From Bugula neritina (taxonomy: Eukaryota > Animalia > Bryozoa), in contig OZ037766.1 in NCBI GenBank assembly GCA_964035545.1, forward strand, positions 32,168,773 through 32,232,772: a stretch of 64,000 nucleotides of DNA, read 5' to 3'. Shown here one piece after another: positions 1-14,500 of the stretch. A program made the translations under genes and the position numbers. The notes beneath the pieces were generated by a model. That model searched no databases. It was not told the DNA's origin and was given only the letters and a program-made list of their open reading frames with translations. How positions within the stretch are numbered: position 1 is the first letter of the stretch; each line of letters starts with the position of its first letter.

Positions 1-339
1 TAATAACCTTTCAGTATTGTAGAGCGAGTTCCATCAAACATACCACCAGATAGTTGGGTGCGGCAGGATCTACACCTTTTTGCATGCAGAGTTATTATGT
101 GTATTACTACGCCAACCTTTCAGCATGTTACCCAGAGATCCTATACGCAGCTTTATTCAATATTCCAAAACTTTTGATAAAAATAAATTAAATTTAATTA
201 TCTACTAATTTCACTACAACCATGTTACGTTGTAGCATAAGGGAGTTAGGTGTCAAGACTTGGATAAATTCTCAGTAACTAGATAATAAGTACTGTAAGG
301 TAAGTATCATATAAGGTAAGTAAAGTAAGTGCGGTGTTG

Positions 340-3300
340 CTATAGTTTCAGCAAGTAGATGTAGCATTTGTTTGGTTTGCAATTGCTGAAAGGGTTGAGG
401 CCTCCTTGTACGCTGTACCTGTGTAACTCAGGACTAGTGAGGGAGAGCTTAGAGCCACCCGGAATGTATACCAAACCCGACACAGAATTTGTCTACAAAG
501 AAATACAGCCATTTCTAGTATTTCTGATAAACAATTTAGAAACTGTCAATAATTTTTGCTAAAATATTTTTTCACATGTTAGTTTACAATGTGAGAAAAT
601 AATGTCCAAGAAATGTCCTTTCATTTGCCTTTAAACAAACCATTTTGATTTACTTTTTATATCGTGTATTTTTCTGGTATGCAACCCATATGATTATTAT
701 TTATGCCAGAAATATTTAGAGATAGAAAGTAGTACTAAATACACCCTGCAATATACTGTACCTGTATCAAGTAGCAGTGAACAGGTAAACATCTTTAGAG
801 ATTGGCAGTCATATTAAAGTATATATAAATATGACTACCCACTAAACAGAAAGAAAAGTCTGTAGAGAAAGAAGCTACAAACTGTAGAACAAGGAGATGA
901 AATACAGAATATGGAACATACGTGGGAGTTACCTCACCTGAGTTACCAACTCCTGGTCTATTCGAGTCGCCCACTTCATATTAGCAGACTTTAGGATAAC
1001 CGTCTCACCGGGCACGTGCGGCTTTTTCAGCATGACTTGTATAATGTTAGTAGCGTCTGGTTGGCTAATTTCATCCAATTCACTGTTGGTATAGAAGGCT
1101 GTCAGCTGGAACAAGAAGCAAATTCAGCCAATCAAACACCAGCGCTATTACACAACGTAGATTATAACAATAAAACTTAAATTTTATATCAAATATCTTG
1201 AGCAACATTTTGAAATAAAAATATGCTGTTGTTTATTTAAGTCAACATGATGTATAAAATGAAGTTCTGATCAAAGATTAGGTCCTCCAAAGTATCTGAT
1301 TGTGTATATGAACAGGCAATACTAAAAGGGAAATAGTGTCATACACATAGATCCGTGCAAATGTACACAACAATATAGAGCTTGCTTTTGATGAATGTAG
1401 TGTACATTATATGGCATGCAAACATTTGGCAGGGCTGTATAGGGTTTATTGTATATTTCTTTGGAAGGAACAAAGATGGTTCATTATATGAAAAGAATAA
1501 TACAAATAGTAGAGGAATCAAATACTACATTAATTATTAAAGCAATAATTATTTACTTTGCTGTAATAAAATACTTTAGCTAATTGAATATTTAGAATTA
1601 ATTTAGAGCTTGGTGTGTTAACTGATTGACAAAATAATGAAATAAAAAGAATTTATTTCTTAAGAATTAAAGTGCCTAAAATGTCATCATTGACACTACG
1701 GACAGTATTTGCAGGTACTCCTCAACGCTACCGACAGTCTAAGCAGGTGCTTCTTGACACTACTGACAATGCATGCAGGTACTCATTGACACTACTGACA
1801 GTGCATGCAGGTGCTCATTGACATGACTGACAGTGTATTCTCTCGGTTCAACTTACCATTCCATAGACTAAGTAGTATCCACCAACTTCTATGTAAAGTT
1901 GGTCTCCATTTGACCCGCTGGTGACGCTCAAGCCGGGAGTAGTATGAGTCATAGACAGCGTGTCATTGGTTATGTAGGTGAACTCTAGAAAACAAATTAT
2001 GTTAGTTACTCCCTGTTCAATTCGTCAGCGTTGCATGAGTTACCAGTAAATTTTAAGTTTTTATAGCAGAACAGAAATTCTAATTCAACCATCTCAACTT
2101 ATTTTATGCCTTTTATAGGCGTTCACTGAATTTTTTGAATACGTTTTGTAATTTTACTCTATTTACTTCTCAAAAATCATGCAATAACTTGGATCAAACA
2201 CGTACCATTGTTAGGCCACACCTTGCTAGACAGGCCAACGTGGGCAGACACTCTATTCGTAGACGAGTACGGTGCAGAGTGGGAGAAATCTTTCTCCATG
2301 ACTACATGAAACAATTCAATATGATAAAAAATAATCTTGTAAAACTCGATATGGTATTATGTCAACATGCTGCTTTAAAGTTTTTTTTACAAATTATGTT
2401 CTGGAAGGCTTTAAAAATTTCAAAAGGTGTTCCCTTTTCCCCTTGCGGATGGAATTGCTTTTTAATTCCATAAAATCAAATTAGTCACAACACACCAGAT
2501 CTAGTGTGACTGCCACAGCAGCACATACCTAGGTTCAAGCAGGGGTGTGCAGGGAGGGGTTCAAGCAGGGGTGTGCAGAGAGGGATTCAAGTGATGCGGT
2601 GCTAACAGCTTATTATTATTTTGCAAGCATACAGTAAATTAAGAAGTAAATTTTTAACAAAACATTCAATCCATAGACTGTGCTAATAACAGTTGGCCAA
2701 TCATCCATGTTTATTAGAGGGGATAACTCTTAAATAACCAATTACCTTCTTTTACTTTCAAACTTGTGATTTGTTCTGCAATCTGTAACAATAATAAAGC
2801 AAGTGTTATCTGAAGTCTATCATTCAAAGAGGGGAAGTAACTCTAATAGATTTTGTCAACAATAATACAACAGAAAATATCACAGAAACCTATGAAAACA
2901 TTTCAAAACGCTCCACTAAGAACATGCTACTTAATTTAGGTCGCATTGCATTATATAATACATATTATACAATCCAGGTGTCCTCCAAGGTTAGCAATAA
3001 GTAGCATTCTTAATGCCAAGTACAAAATAAAATAAGTGTATTAGTAGGTCCCCAGACAGTCACAATTGTATGATACACTAAGTATTCGAGACTAGCTGTC
3101 AATTTGACAATCAATATCAATACATCTCCGCTCTGAAATACATCCAATTACTGCTTATTTCCCTTTAACTGGCTTATTAATTATTTATTGATATCAACAC
3201 CAAAGAGTATGAAAGCAGTAATGGATATTCCCATCATTACGATTATTTGCAGATATTTAATTCCATCAAGATTCCATTACACTAATTGTCTGCATTTTAA

Positions 3301-6300
3301 TTGTCTGGTTGCCTTGAAAGCAGTGAGAATTAATCTCAGTATATATGTGTCAACAGGTAGTGCATATGTGTAAGCAGGTAGTGTACATGTGTCAACAGAT
3401 AGTGCATATATTGTGTCAACAGGTAGTACATATGTGTCAACAGGTAGTTTACATGTGTCAGCAGGTAGTGTGCATGTGTCAGCAGGTAGTAGGCTATATA
3501 ATATGTGTCAGCAGGTAGTGAACATGTGGCAGCAGCTAGTGTAACCAGTGAGAGCTTTTAATTTTGAAACAAACTTGAGCCTGAACAGATGATCAGTATT
3601 TAATCAGATGGCTCTTAACGCCTGGCAGGTAGCCCTATGGTGGTTGGTGAACGGTGGCATTACATACCAATCAGGTATGCCCAGCTCTCACTAGTAATAT
3701 ACTTGTACATAGGTTAAGCACTGCTGCAGCACACATTAAATGTTAACATAACATAGTTATTCATGGCAATACATTCAGAATGTGGAGACTAGAACCCCTA
3801 GGGTAATGTGACATTGTATCACATCCCTATTCTACATGCAGTGCGAATAACAAGTTATGACATATTCCCATATAAATCAATACACAGTCATATAAGCCAT
3901 TCTGCAACTTCTATAGACACTTAAATACCAGCATGAGAAAACTGCTCACATCAAACCTTGTATTATTGTCAATTGCTAATTTATTGCTTGTCATAAGTAA
4001 TAGATTTAACTTGACAGATAAGTTGCTCTGATGTCGGTGAATGCTAAGTTATAACTGCAGAAAAATATATAGCGATCTACTCGACTAACCATAAATTGTA
4101 CTGAAAGCTGTGAAGGAAAACAGTTTTTAACCCAAACCAAGATTTCCTGGTTTGGGCTCATTCAAGCGTAAAACACAAAGATAGTACCTGCTACATCAAT
4201 CAGCTTCACTTGCTTTTCACTTACATATTTATTAACCTAAAATCATGACTAGTTGTTGTTTACTAGGTCGTATTTAGCAAGATCAGCGTATTGCATTTGG
4301 AAGGACAACTCTATAGCTCTACAGATACATACACACTTCCTCACTCACTGTATCCCAACTTTTCAATGTATGGTAAACACTTTATTAGACATTATTTGCC
4401 AGGCAATTGCTGTGCAAATAGATTTATATGTAATTCAAGCATGACTTTTATGCTGGTTTATTTTCCTACAATTTCCAAATTACAATAGTATACAGGGTAA
4501 TGGAGATTTATAAATTGCCAGCATATTGCAATCCCCACATACACCATGATTTTCATACAATGTATAACACTCTTTAATAAATGTCAATAAAACATGGTGA
4601 TACTCCACACCCAAGCAACCAAAACTAGCAGCTTATAAAATCAGGTTGACCATCAGAAACAAATACTAGCTGCACCTTGTTCTAAACACAAGTTTGATCT
4701 CAAGGTAAGGAAATCTAGCCAATATCTGTGTTTATTGGCAGCTGACTGTTGAGGTAAGCAACTTGTGTAAATAATTATATACTAGCCACATCACAATGCG
4801 TGGCATTAAGTTGAAAATGCTGTTGGTGAGTTAGAAACGCTGTTGTTGGGCCATCTGATTGATGGTTGTGTTGCTGCTGTGTAAGCAGTGTGTGTTCGTG
4901 TGTGTGCGTGTGTGTTTGTGTGTATACTACTTGTTCCTACTATATTACTGTCCATTATGAATATTATATTACTGTTACTATATTGTCACATTATATTACT
5001 GTTACTATATTGCCACTTTATATTACTGTTACTATATTGTCACATTATATTACTGTTACTATATTGTCACATTATATTACTGTTACTATATTGTCACATT
5101 ATATTACTGTTACTATATTGTCACATTATATTACTGTTACTATATTGTCACATTATATTACTGTTACTATATTGTCACATTATATTACTGTTACTATATT
5201 GTCACATTATATTACTGTTACTATATTGTCACATTATATTACTGTTACTATATTGTCACATTATATTACTGTTACTATATTGTCACATTATATTACTGTT
5301 ACTATATTGTCACATTATATTACTGTTACTATATTGTCACATTAGATTACTGTTACTATATTGTCACATTATATTACTGTTACTATATTGTCACATTATA
5401 TTACTGTTACTATATTGTCACATTATATTACTGTTACTATATTGTCACATTATATTACTGTTACTATATTGTCACATTTTTAAAAGCCTGTAGAGTTATT
5501 AACTCTTCATACCAGAAACAGTCAGCAAGTTACAACATGCCAAGGCACGAGATAAGAAATCTGGTAGATAAAAGAAACTGCTAACTTCTCATCCAGCACT
5601 AAATGATGGCACAAGTAATTCAGCTATACAATGAGCTCTTTATTGGTTTAGTACAGTCCAACTGTGTGCTGACAATGAAAGTCTGATTATTTCATGAACA
5701 CTTACCTCCAGCACTGGATAAGGTACAAATGTACTAAGGCAGAGCCAGGATACACGTATATACACAAACAAAAGTAAGTACACACCAAAACAGGTACACA
5801 TACACACCTCTCGAGTGAAAGTAAGTACACACCAAGACAGGTACACATACACACCTCTCGAGTGAAAGTAAGTACACACTAAGACAGGTGCACATACACA
5901 CCTCTCGAGTGAAAGTAAGTACACACCAAGACAGGTACACACATACACACCTCTCGAGTGAAAGTAAGTACACACCAAGACAGGTAAACATATACACACC
6001 TCTCGAGTGAAAGTAAGTATGTCTTCCAACTTCAGGCAACATTCTCCAAATCTTTTAGAAGATTCTGTCCACTCTCTGTATTGAATAGCTTTTTCATCAC
6101 AGGGGAGACAAACCTTACCTGCGAATATTTCACAAGATCTTAGTTTGAGCAGAAACTCAAACTAAAAGTTTTTAGAAAAACTCTTTCAGAGACAAAGTCA
6201 ACAGCAATATAAATCAGGCTGTGGTCCATAACCAGTATCCATGAAGCTCACCTGGGGAGGGGGGGGAGACAGCATAAGCCTCAGATCTAAGACTACTAGT

Positions 6301-7312
6301 ACTAAAGTTCTGAGTGCTAACTATTTAGTATTTAAAACAGCTGGTTGCATTGTATTTATATGGAGTTGATGAATTTGCAATGCAGCCACATTCATCAAAA
6401 ACAGCTTTTGATCTAACCTATTTGAGGTTTGATTGTGTAAAGCTGAAAACTATATTCGTAGTTAGACAATGCTGATACAAATCACAAAAGTATTTAAAAT
6501 ATTTTATTTGAAAGTTATTTAGTGACACTGACTGGACTGCAGGCTAGGGATTGCATTCATTTGTCACAGTAGCAGTTACAATTGAGAAAACAATCTTCAC
6601 CAGTTTCTAAACAAAATGGAATAGTTAATCTAACTAGTGATAGCCTACTAAGTATAACCTGTTGGTTTTAGTCAGGTAGTTTAATAGGTAAACTAAGGGT
6701 AATTGATAAATTTAAAAAGGCTTTGTTCTAGATAAGAAAAACAACAAAGGAAGTTATTTTCTTACAAGCATGACAACCAAAACTTATAGGCAATGGAAAA
6801 CTTGGGCTATCAACTGTATCAAGAGTACCTCTTTTAAATACAATAATAATATTCATATCAACCATGACCCCAGGTGCCAAGTTAAAATAATGGTCATGTT
6901 TTGAGGCTCAATGCTCAGCTAGTAATTTCATATGACAATGATGTAAATGTATACTGTTAGATATATTCAAAAACATGCCACTCTTACCTCGGTTTTCCTT
7001 TGCTGCATGCAACTCTACAGTCATTTCGTGATACTTTGCACAGGTGAAAATAGATATGGATAGTGAGGTTAGTGTCAACAATACACACAACGCTACTGCT
7101 ACTGTGGGAAATCGGCACCAGTAACTCACGGCCCCTCCCTTTACACACTGAGAACTGTGTCTCGATTCACATTCCTCATCTGATATATTTCTGTGAAATG
7201 AGTCATCAACGTTGAGGGCTTTTTCTTCTTCCACCCCATCTTGATCTCGGCTGGAAGGTTGTGCAGATACGAACATATTTTCTCTACCCTTATACCCTTC
7301 GTATACACTCAT
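340..7312 (-). CDS. TNF superfamily ligand (type II membrane protein), multi-exon
   Basis: Exon 6988-7312 encodes a cytoplasmic N-terminus and a TM helix (VAVALCVLLTLTSLSISIF). Phase-consistent exons 1857-1984, 938-1105 and 340-492 encode ...NGDQLYIEVGGYYLVYGM|LTAFY...VILKSAN...|TNSVSGLVYIPGGSKLSL...CYIYLLKL*, matching the TNF homology domain pattern (L-x-I-xx-G-x-Y-x-V-Y; GxFxLxxGDxL; terminal aromatic beta strand). A 37-nt exon at 2746-2782 also fits. Stalk exon(s) between 2783 and 6987 are unresolved. Confidence 0.8.
1695..1835. repeat. Degenerate ~31-bp intronic minisatellite (tgacactactgacagtgcatgcaggtactcat-like)
   Basis: About 4-5 copies immediately after the donor of TNF exon 1857-1984. 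Confidence 0.75.
3345..3545. repeat. ~21-bp minisatellite (atgtgtcaacaggtagtgcat-like)
   Basis: About 9 degenerate tandem copies in a TNF gene intron. Confidence 0.8.
4940..5478. repeat. 27-bp minisatellite (attatattactgttactatattgtcac)
   Basis: About 20 near-identical copies; explains the spurious HYITVTILS and HIILLLLYC ORFs. Confidence 0.95.
5770..6020. repeat. ~46-48-bp minisatellite (aagtaagtacacaccaagacaggtacacatacacacctctcgagtga-like)
   Basis: About 5 copies, each with CTCGAG. Confidence 0.9.
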
Positions 7313-7407
7313 GTTGTATTCTGTCTAATTTATGATCAGTGCAGTTCAGAGAGAAGAGAGTGCAGGTCTGCTAGGTGTTATAGAGCAGGTACTTGTAGAC
7401 AAGGCAA

Positions 7408-7620
7408 TGCAGGTGCTTGTAGAGCAGGTCTGTTAGGTGTAGAGATGACAGTGCAGGTACTTGTAGAGCAGGTCTGTTAGGTGTAGAGATGAGAGTGCAG
7501 GTGCTTGTAGAGCAGGTCTGTTAGGTGTAGAGATGACAGTGCAGGTGCTTGTAGAGCAGGTCTGGAAGGTGTAGAGATGAGAGTGCAGGTGCTTGTAGAG
7601 CAGGTCTGGAAGGTGTATAG
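7408..7620. repeat. 44-bp minisatellite upstream of the TNF start codon
   Basis: About 5 copies of gtgcaggt(a/g)cttgtagagcaggtctg(tt/ga)aggtgtagagatga(c/g)a. Confidence 0.9.
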
Positions 7621-8559
7621 CAGGCAGTTCAAGGTATATGCTGCAATCTACTCAGGTTTCATTTCTAACTACACAGCAGTAGTGCAGTACAAACAATATA
7701 GTCATGCAGATGTGATAAAGCTTGTTTGTCTAATGACTAACCGTACACAACTGTCCATACTTTCTATTCCACTGTTTTATATTCTTGTTTTTATTCTAGC
7801 CGAGCAAAAACATTCGGTAGCTAATTGAAATTTGATTGGCTGAAGTTGTCATTAGCTGCAATCAATTGAAAACCGTTTACTGTAGTTGGCCACAATACTG
7901 AAGGTTATGGAGTGAAATATGCAAAGGTCAATCGTTCCAACAGCAGCGGTGTTGGTTTGTTTGCCAGACTTAGAAATGATGTGTTGAGGCGAGTTACACA
8001 GACTATTTGAAAGTTATTGAGTGTACGCCATTGCCAGGGCTATTGGGAAAATTACAGGAGAAATTGTAACACCCTTTACTGTAGTTAGTATAGTTATGTG
8101 GTCAGGAAAACCCTAATTTCCTATAGGAATCTAATATTTGAATCCCACCAGCTATCATATATGTGAACAGTTTCAAAATTAGTACATCCACAGATCCAAG
8201 TGTGGCTGTTTATTCAAAATGTTGCAAAATTTTAATGAACTGTTCAAAATAACTTGTGTGCTGACAGAAAGGGTGAAAGAAACATGTTAGCTTCACAGTA
8301 ACGTTTGGTACTTTTATTAAACAACAACAAAACAAACAGCGAGCATAGATTAGGTCAAGGAAAACACCCTAAATCAATGTGCACAACAATCAAATCAGAA
8401 CAACAAGTAAAAAAGTTATGAATAATTTTACAAACAGATAAATGTATAACGGCAAGTCATATACTTAGTCGGCCATAGAAAGGCACAAGTCAGTGAAACT
8501 TCTAACTCAGCACAGCAGGCTGAGATATGACAACTCCAGCTGTGGTGAGGACTGGAGTA

Positions 8560-11500
8560 TCACAACTCTAACTGGAAATGATTCAGAGAGCTCAACATAT
8601 CTCTAATTTTACCGGGAGTTGCGAGTTTCCTGTAAAATGTTGACAATTCAAATAAATTATGGGAGAATATATTATTTCTATAAAGCTTGTAGCTACTGCA
8701 CACCACAATACTTATGGTTGATTGCTTTAGCCTTGAAAGAATTAATTTAATTCTTTGTAAAGATAACTCCCATGGTGTACGGCAAAGCAAAGAGTTTAGC
8801 CAATAGAATACTGTGGTTTGTCTAACACTAAAACACACCCATTTGCCATATGAAATGCACTCTTCTAGGACAAATAGAAAATAAAAACAAAATATGAGGA
8901 AAGATCCAATAAACAAGCTGGTTCATCATACAAACTGACAGGAGTGAACTTTCAGCCTTGCTGTGATGATTTGAATCACACGCATCAATGTTACAGAGTA
9001 ATTTCTTTGGCCTGGACAGATTACAGGGTGTGACTTGTGCTGTATTTACATATATCCAAATCGTGAAGACTTGAAGGTCAAGTTATTATTGTCATTAACA
9101 TTGAAGTTTAAATGATAGCCACCACATATGCTAGTTCAACTAGATGCTATTAGTCATCTCACAAAGTACAAACTACATGTAAACAAATCCTTTAATAAAC
9201 ATGCAGCAAATGTGGACAGAGAAATGCAAGTGTAAAAAGCTCCACACCCAATGACATAGTGCAGTAACAGCTTATATTATGCATGACTTCTGCGGTTGGC
9301 CATATACCAGTGCCTTGAATGTGGAACTCCCACACACATACAGCTCACAGTGCTTCACCTTGGTATAAGTTATGACTGAGCTTCACCTTGGTATAAGTTA
9401 TGACTGAGCTTCACCTTGGTATAAGTTATGACTGAGCTTCACCTTGGTATAAGTTATGACTGAATGCCTTTATTTACAAGAGGTGGAGAAGAAAGAGGGG
9501 GAGTGGAGGTGGGGAAGGAGGAGGGGGAGTGGAGGTGGGGAAGGAGGAGGGGGAATATTAGGCTAATGAGTAGATGCCGCACAAGTCAGCACGCACCTGC
9601 GAGTCTTGAGTTGTCTGTTTGAAGGAAGAGTCAGCGGCTGGCTTTGACTGAGAGAGGTCTGACTGAGGTCGTCATCGCTGCCTAGTCTGTAGCCCGAGTC
9701 TACGTTGTAGAGTTTGCGGACAGAAGAGCTGGGCCCCCGACTGTGGACACCTACGGATATAAAGGCAGCAGGATGTGTTGTGTTGCTGCCTTTGAACTAT
9801 GCGAGAGGATGTGATGTCATGTTTTCATTACGAAAACATGAAATCACATTGAGAAATATACTTTACAATATATAATATATTGCAGTGTAAATAATATATA
9901 CCAGGCACTATGTACTATGTATACTATATATAATACACATTATATACTATGTATTCTGTAATATATACTATTGCTCTACACTAATGGGCATGCTAAAGTT
10001 GACTCCTTCTACTCAGTGGGAATTCATTCCTACTCAGTGCTGCCGGGAATTACCTGGTGCTGTCGGAGACAGCGGGGTTGTCTTGGCCTTCTTCTTGCTG
10101 TTCTCTTTTGGTTCACTAAGTCTACGCTTAGTGTCACCAGACTTTGTTTTCAGGGCGCTTCTAGCTGCGAGTTTCTCTCTCCTGATTGGTTGAGCTGGCA
10201 GAGAAGTTTCTACAGAAGATGAAGGGAAGAGCTGAAGCCCTGAGACGAGACTCCTGAACCCTACGCCTACAGCTCACATGGAGGACCAAGATATACCATG
10301 AAGTCTATGTGCTGCGAAATTTAGCCAACTTAATTTTTGAAAATGAAAATTTATGACAAATGACGAAAAATTTAAGATCAATAGACAAACACAAACAATC
10401 TTCCACCTTTCTGCTAAATATTCTGTCTGTATGTCTGTCTGCTCACCAATTTTACTATTAATGACAAACTATATATAGTAAATATGTTATATAAAATTAA
10501 ACTCACTCATCTTATGTTCCACTTTGATTGTAGAGAAACCGTCATTGTCTGGGCAGCTCTCACCACCTGCAGAGATTTACACACAATAATATAGACTGCA
10601 TGCATGTGTATTGATTAGCAGCAGAGATTTACACACAACAACATAGAGTATATATCATGTTGATTAGCAAGCGTGTCACATGAACTAATGGCTGACACCA
10701 ACCTGATATGTAAACTTACCTTTCCCTGCTACCTGTCTCCTAGCCATTGGTGGAGAACCTCCCCCCAGCTTCTTACTGCTATGCTGTGGACACTCCTTGT
10801 TGACAGACTTTGATGTGGCCTAAAAGCATTAAAATATAATATCACTGCAAGCATAGCAATATACTACCACTGCAAGCACTGCAATATACTACCACTGCAA
10901 GCATAGCAATATATTACCACTGCAAGCATAGCAATATACTACCACTGCAAGCATAGCAATATACTACCACTGCAAGCATAGCAATATATTACCACTGCAA
11001 GCATTGCAATATATTACCACTGCAAGCATTGCAATATATTACCACTGCAAGCACTGCAATATACTACCACTGCAAGCATAGCAATATACTACCACTGCAA
11101 GCACTGCAATATATTACCACTGCAAGCATAGCAATATATTACCACTGCAAGCACTGCAATATATTACCACTGCAAGCATTGCAATATATTACCACTGCAA
11201 GCATAGCAATATACTACCACTGCAAGCATAGCAATATATTACCACTGCAAGCATAGCAATATACTACCACTGCAAGCATAGCAATATATTACCACTGCAA
11301 GCATTGCCATGTATTACCACTGCAAGCACTGCAATATACTACCACTGCAAGCATAGCAATATACTACCACTGCAAGCATAGCAATATATTACCACTGCAA
11401 GCATAGCAATATACTACCACTGCAAGCATTGCAATATACTACCACTGCAAGCATAGCAATATATTACCACTGCAAGCATAGCAATATATTACCACTGCAA

Positions 11501-14500
11501 GCATTGCCATGTATTACCACTGCAAGCATTGCAATATACTACCACTGCAAGCATAGCAATATATTACCACTGCAAGCACTGCAATATACTACCACTGCAA
11601 GCATAGCAATATATTACCACTGCAAGCATAGCAATATATTACCACTGCAAGCATAGCAATATATTACCACTGCAAGCATAGCAATATACTACCACTGCAA
11701 GCATAGCAATATACTACCACTGCAAGCATAGCAATATACTACCACTGCAAGCACTGCAATATATTACCACTGCAAGCATAGCAATATATTACCACTGCAA
11801 GCATTGCAATATATTACCACTGCAAGCACTGCAATATATTATCACTGCAAGCATAGCAATATAATACCACTGCAAGCATAGCAATATACTACCACTGCAA
11901 GCATAGCAATATACTACCACTGCAAGCATAGCAATATACTACCACTGCAAGCATAACAATATATTACCACTGCAAGCATAGCAATATATTACCACTGCAA
12001 GCATAGCAATATATTACCACTGCAAGCATAGCAATATACTACCACTGCAAGCATAGCAATATACTACCACTGCAAGCATAGCAATATACTACCACTGCAA
12101 GCACTGCAATATATTACCACTGCAAGCATAGCAATATATTACCACTGCAAGCATTGCAATATATTACCACTGCAAGCACTGCAATATATTATCACTGCAA
12201 GCATAGCAATATAATACCACTGCAAGCATAGCAATATACTACCACTGCAAGCATAGCAATATATTACCACTGCAAGCATAGCAATATATTACCACTGCAC
12301 GCATAGCAATATACTACCACTGCAAGCATTGCAATATATTACCACTGCAAGCACTGCAATATACTACCACTGCAAGCACTGCAATATATTACCACTGCAA
12401 GCATAGCACATAGAACTGGTGTACAGCATAGGAGAGACTGCACTTAGTTCAGGGAAACATATGAGGAGTTGTGCTCCAGTGTGACAGTCTAAGCGCAGCG
12501 CTTTTCAAGTTCTGAAAGCCATCAAATTTCATACAACTGATAAAACTGGGAAACTATATATTTTAGTGAGTAATAACACATTCACTGTTAAGCAGACCAG
12601 TCCGCAAGGTCATTCTAGTGCAACTAGCATAACTGCAGTTGAATTTATTGCTAGAGAATACATTACAGTTATAACAGTTGCGGTTCTTGCACCTAACAAA
12701 TAGTATACCTCATTACAGGCTACAAGGAAAAAAGTTACTTGGCAGGTGCTTGTAACTTAGTAATACACTGGCACCAGTGTGAATAAATTAGTATTCAACA
12801 TTAGCATCAGGAAATTTTGGTGCTGAGGATTTTTGCCCACATTTATATTATATGCACATGACTGTAGAGGATACAGTGCAACTATTTATATACAGTAATT
12901 GCCAATGATATTGAATGACTATAGTGAGAGAATACAGAGTTATGGCTGCTAGCTATTAATAATATAGAGTTTACGATTTTCCACAATTCTACTTTCATTA
13001 GGACAGTTGTTGGTTAAGATGTGGTCAACAATGATGGCTAACATTCAGTGATCAAGTATCTAAAGACTGTACTTCACACGAATATGTAGAAATTTTAACT
13101 AATCTAATTTATTTCAAAGCTACTCTCCAATATAATAGCTACAGAATCAACACACTAAGCCTAGGGCCACACGGTGCGTATTTTCGCATGCGAAAATTGA
13201 AATCACAAGTAGCAAAGGTGTCCACTGTAGCGTCAGTGATGCGTGATAAATAAAGCTTTCATTTTTAAATCGCACTCGCTTTCAATAAAACGCAATTTAC
13301 TGGAATGTAGCACTAAAATAAAGAAATTGGGCTCGCTGAATAACTACCAGCCAATTAGGTGACGACGACAGAGACGATTCGCACCTGCGTTGAAAATGCA
13401 GAGCGACAAGTGCGAAGGTTTTCTCAACGCGCACAGTGGACACCTTTGCTACTTGTGATTTCAATTTTCACATGCGAAAATACGCACCGTGTGGCCCTAG
13501 GCTTAGACTATTGCCTGCGTATTAGCAAAACCATCAAACAAAAATATATGGGAGGGGGAATTAGGCAAGGAATACCATTGTTTACACAAGGGAGAACTTT
13601 TGCTGCTTTCAATGTAAGCTCGGTCAAATTAACAGTATAAATAATAAATGGAGTTATTTATTAATAGCACACTAAAAAATGACTGGCACTGTATTGCCCA
13701 ACAGAAATAGATTTCATCACATAATTTATCACTTGGACTCTACTCCAAACATAAACAAGCTTTTCTCTTCACAGACTGTGACTCAAGTTTGTAATATTTT
13801 TGCCAAATGTGTTTACCCGTAATGTGTGTACATGTTGACTATTGAGTGGAGCAGTTCACAGCTTAACAAGATGCTAAGACAACTCCAGAGTAACAAACAA
13901 ACTTACAGCTTGTCTCTTTTCTTAAAAACTATGCATACACACTGTACACTTATGTTAGTACAGAGTAATACTTATGTTAGTACAGAGTAATACTTATGTT
14001 AGTACAGAGTAATACTTATGTTAGTACAGAGTAACACTTATGTTAGTACAGAGTAATACTTATGTTAGTACAGAGTAACACTTATGTTAGTACAGAGTAA
14101 TACTTGTGTTAGTACAGAGTAATACTTATGTTAGTACAGAGTGCTAACCGGAGACTCTGGAAGGGAGTCTAGGGAGCTGCTAGTGATATTCAGTGAACAC
14201 AAAGTTTGCTGTATTTGAGTTCGATCACATCTACTGAAACATCTGCTGTGTAACGTCTGGGTGTCTTCTATCATAGAGCCGTCACTGAAGCTGTACGGGT
14301 CTCGCTGCTCTAACTTTAAGCTATAAACACGTTAGTTATTACTATATAATACCACTTGCTATACCAACGTACTGTAATACTCTTATTAATATTGTGTAAA
14401 TGAAATAAGAGTTACCTTCCCACATAACTAATCAAGTAAACCACATAATGGATGTTACACAATACATGCAACCTCTATTTTATAATTGTGTTCATACTGG

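Noticed and set aside
5706-5733. Candidate 28-nt TNF stalk exon
   Set aside because: Good donor and phase 0 at its 3' end, but it cannot be joined in frame to exon 6988-7312 without another exon I could not find; left unassigned.
4866-6042. Repetitive ORFs in the TNF introns
   Set aside because: Translations of minisatellites with no splice context.
9480-9556. G-rich purine tract (possible G-quadruplex)
   Set aside because: Short duplicated low-complexity intronic sequence with no other support.
10838-12408. Possible CRISPR-like array
   Set aside because: Contiguous tandem units with no unique spacers, no cas genes, in a eukaryotic intron. The LTR palindrome array is also not CRISPR (11-bp repeats, 4-5-bp spacers).
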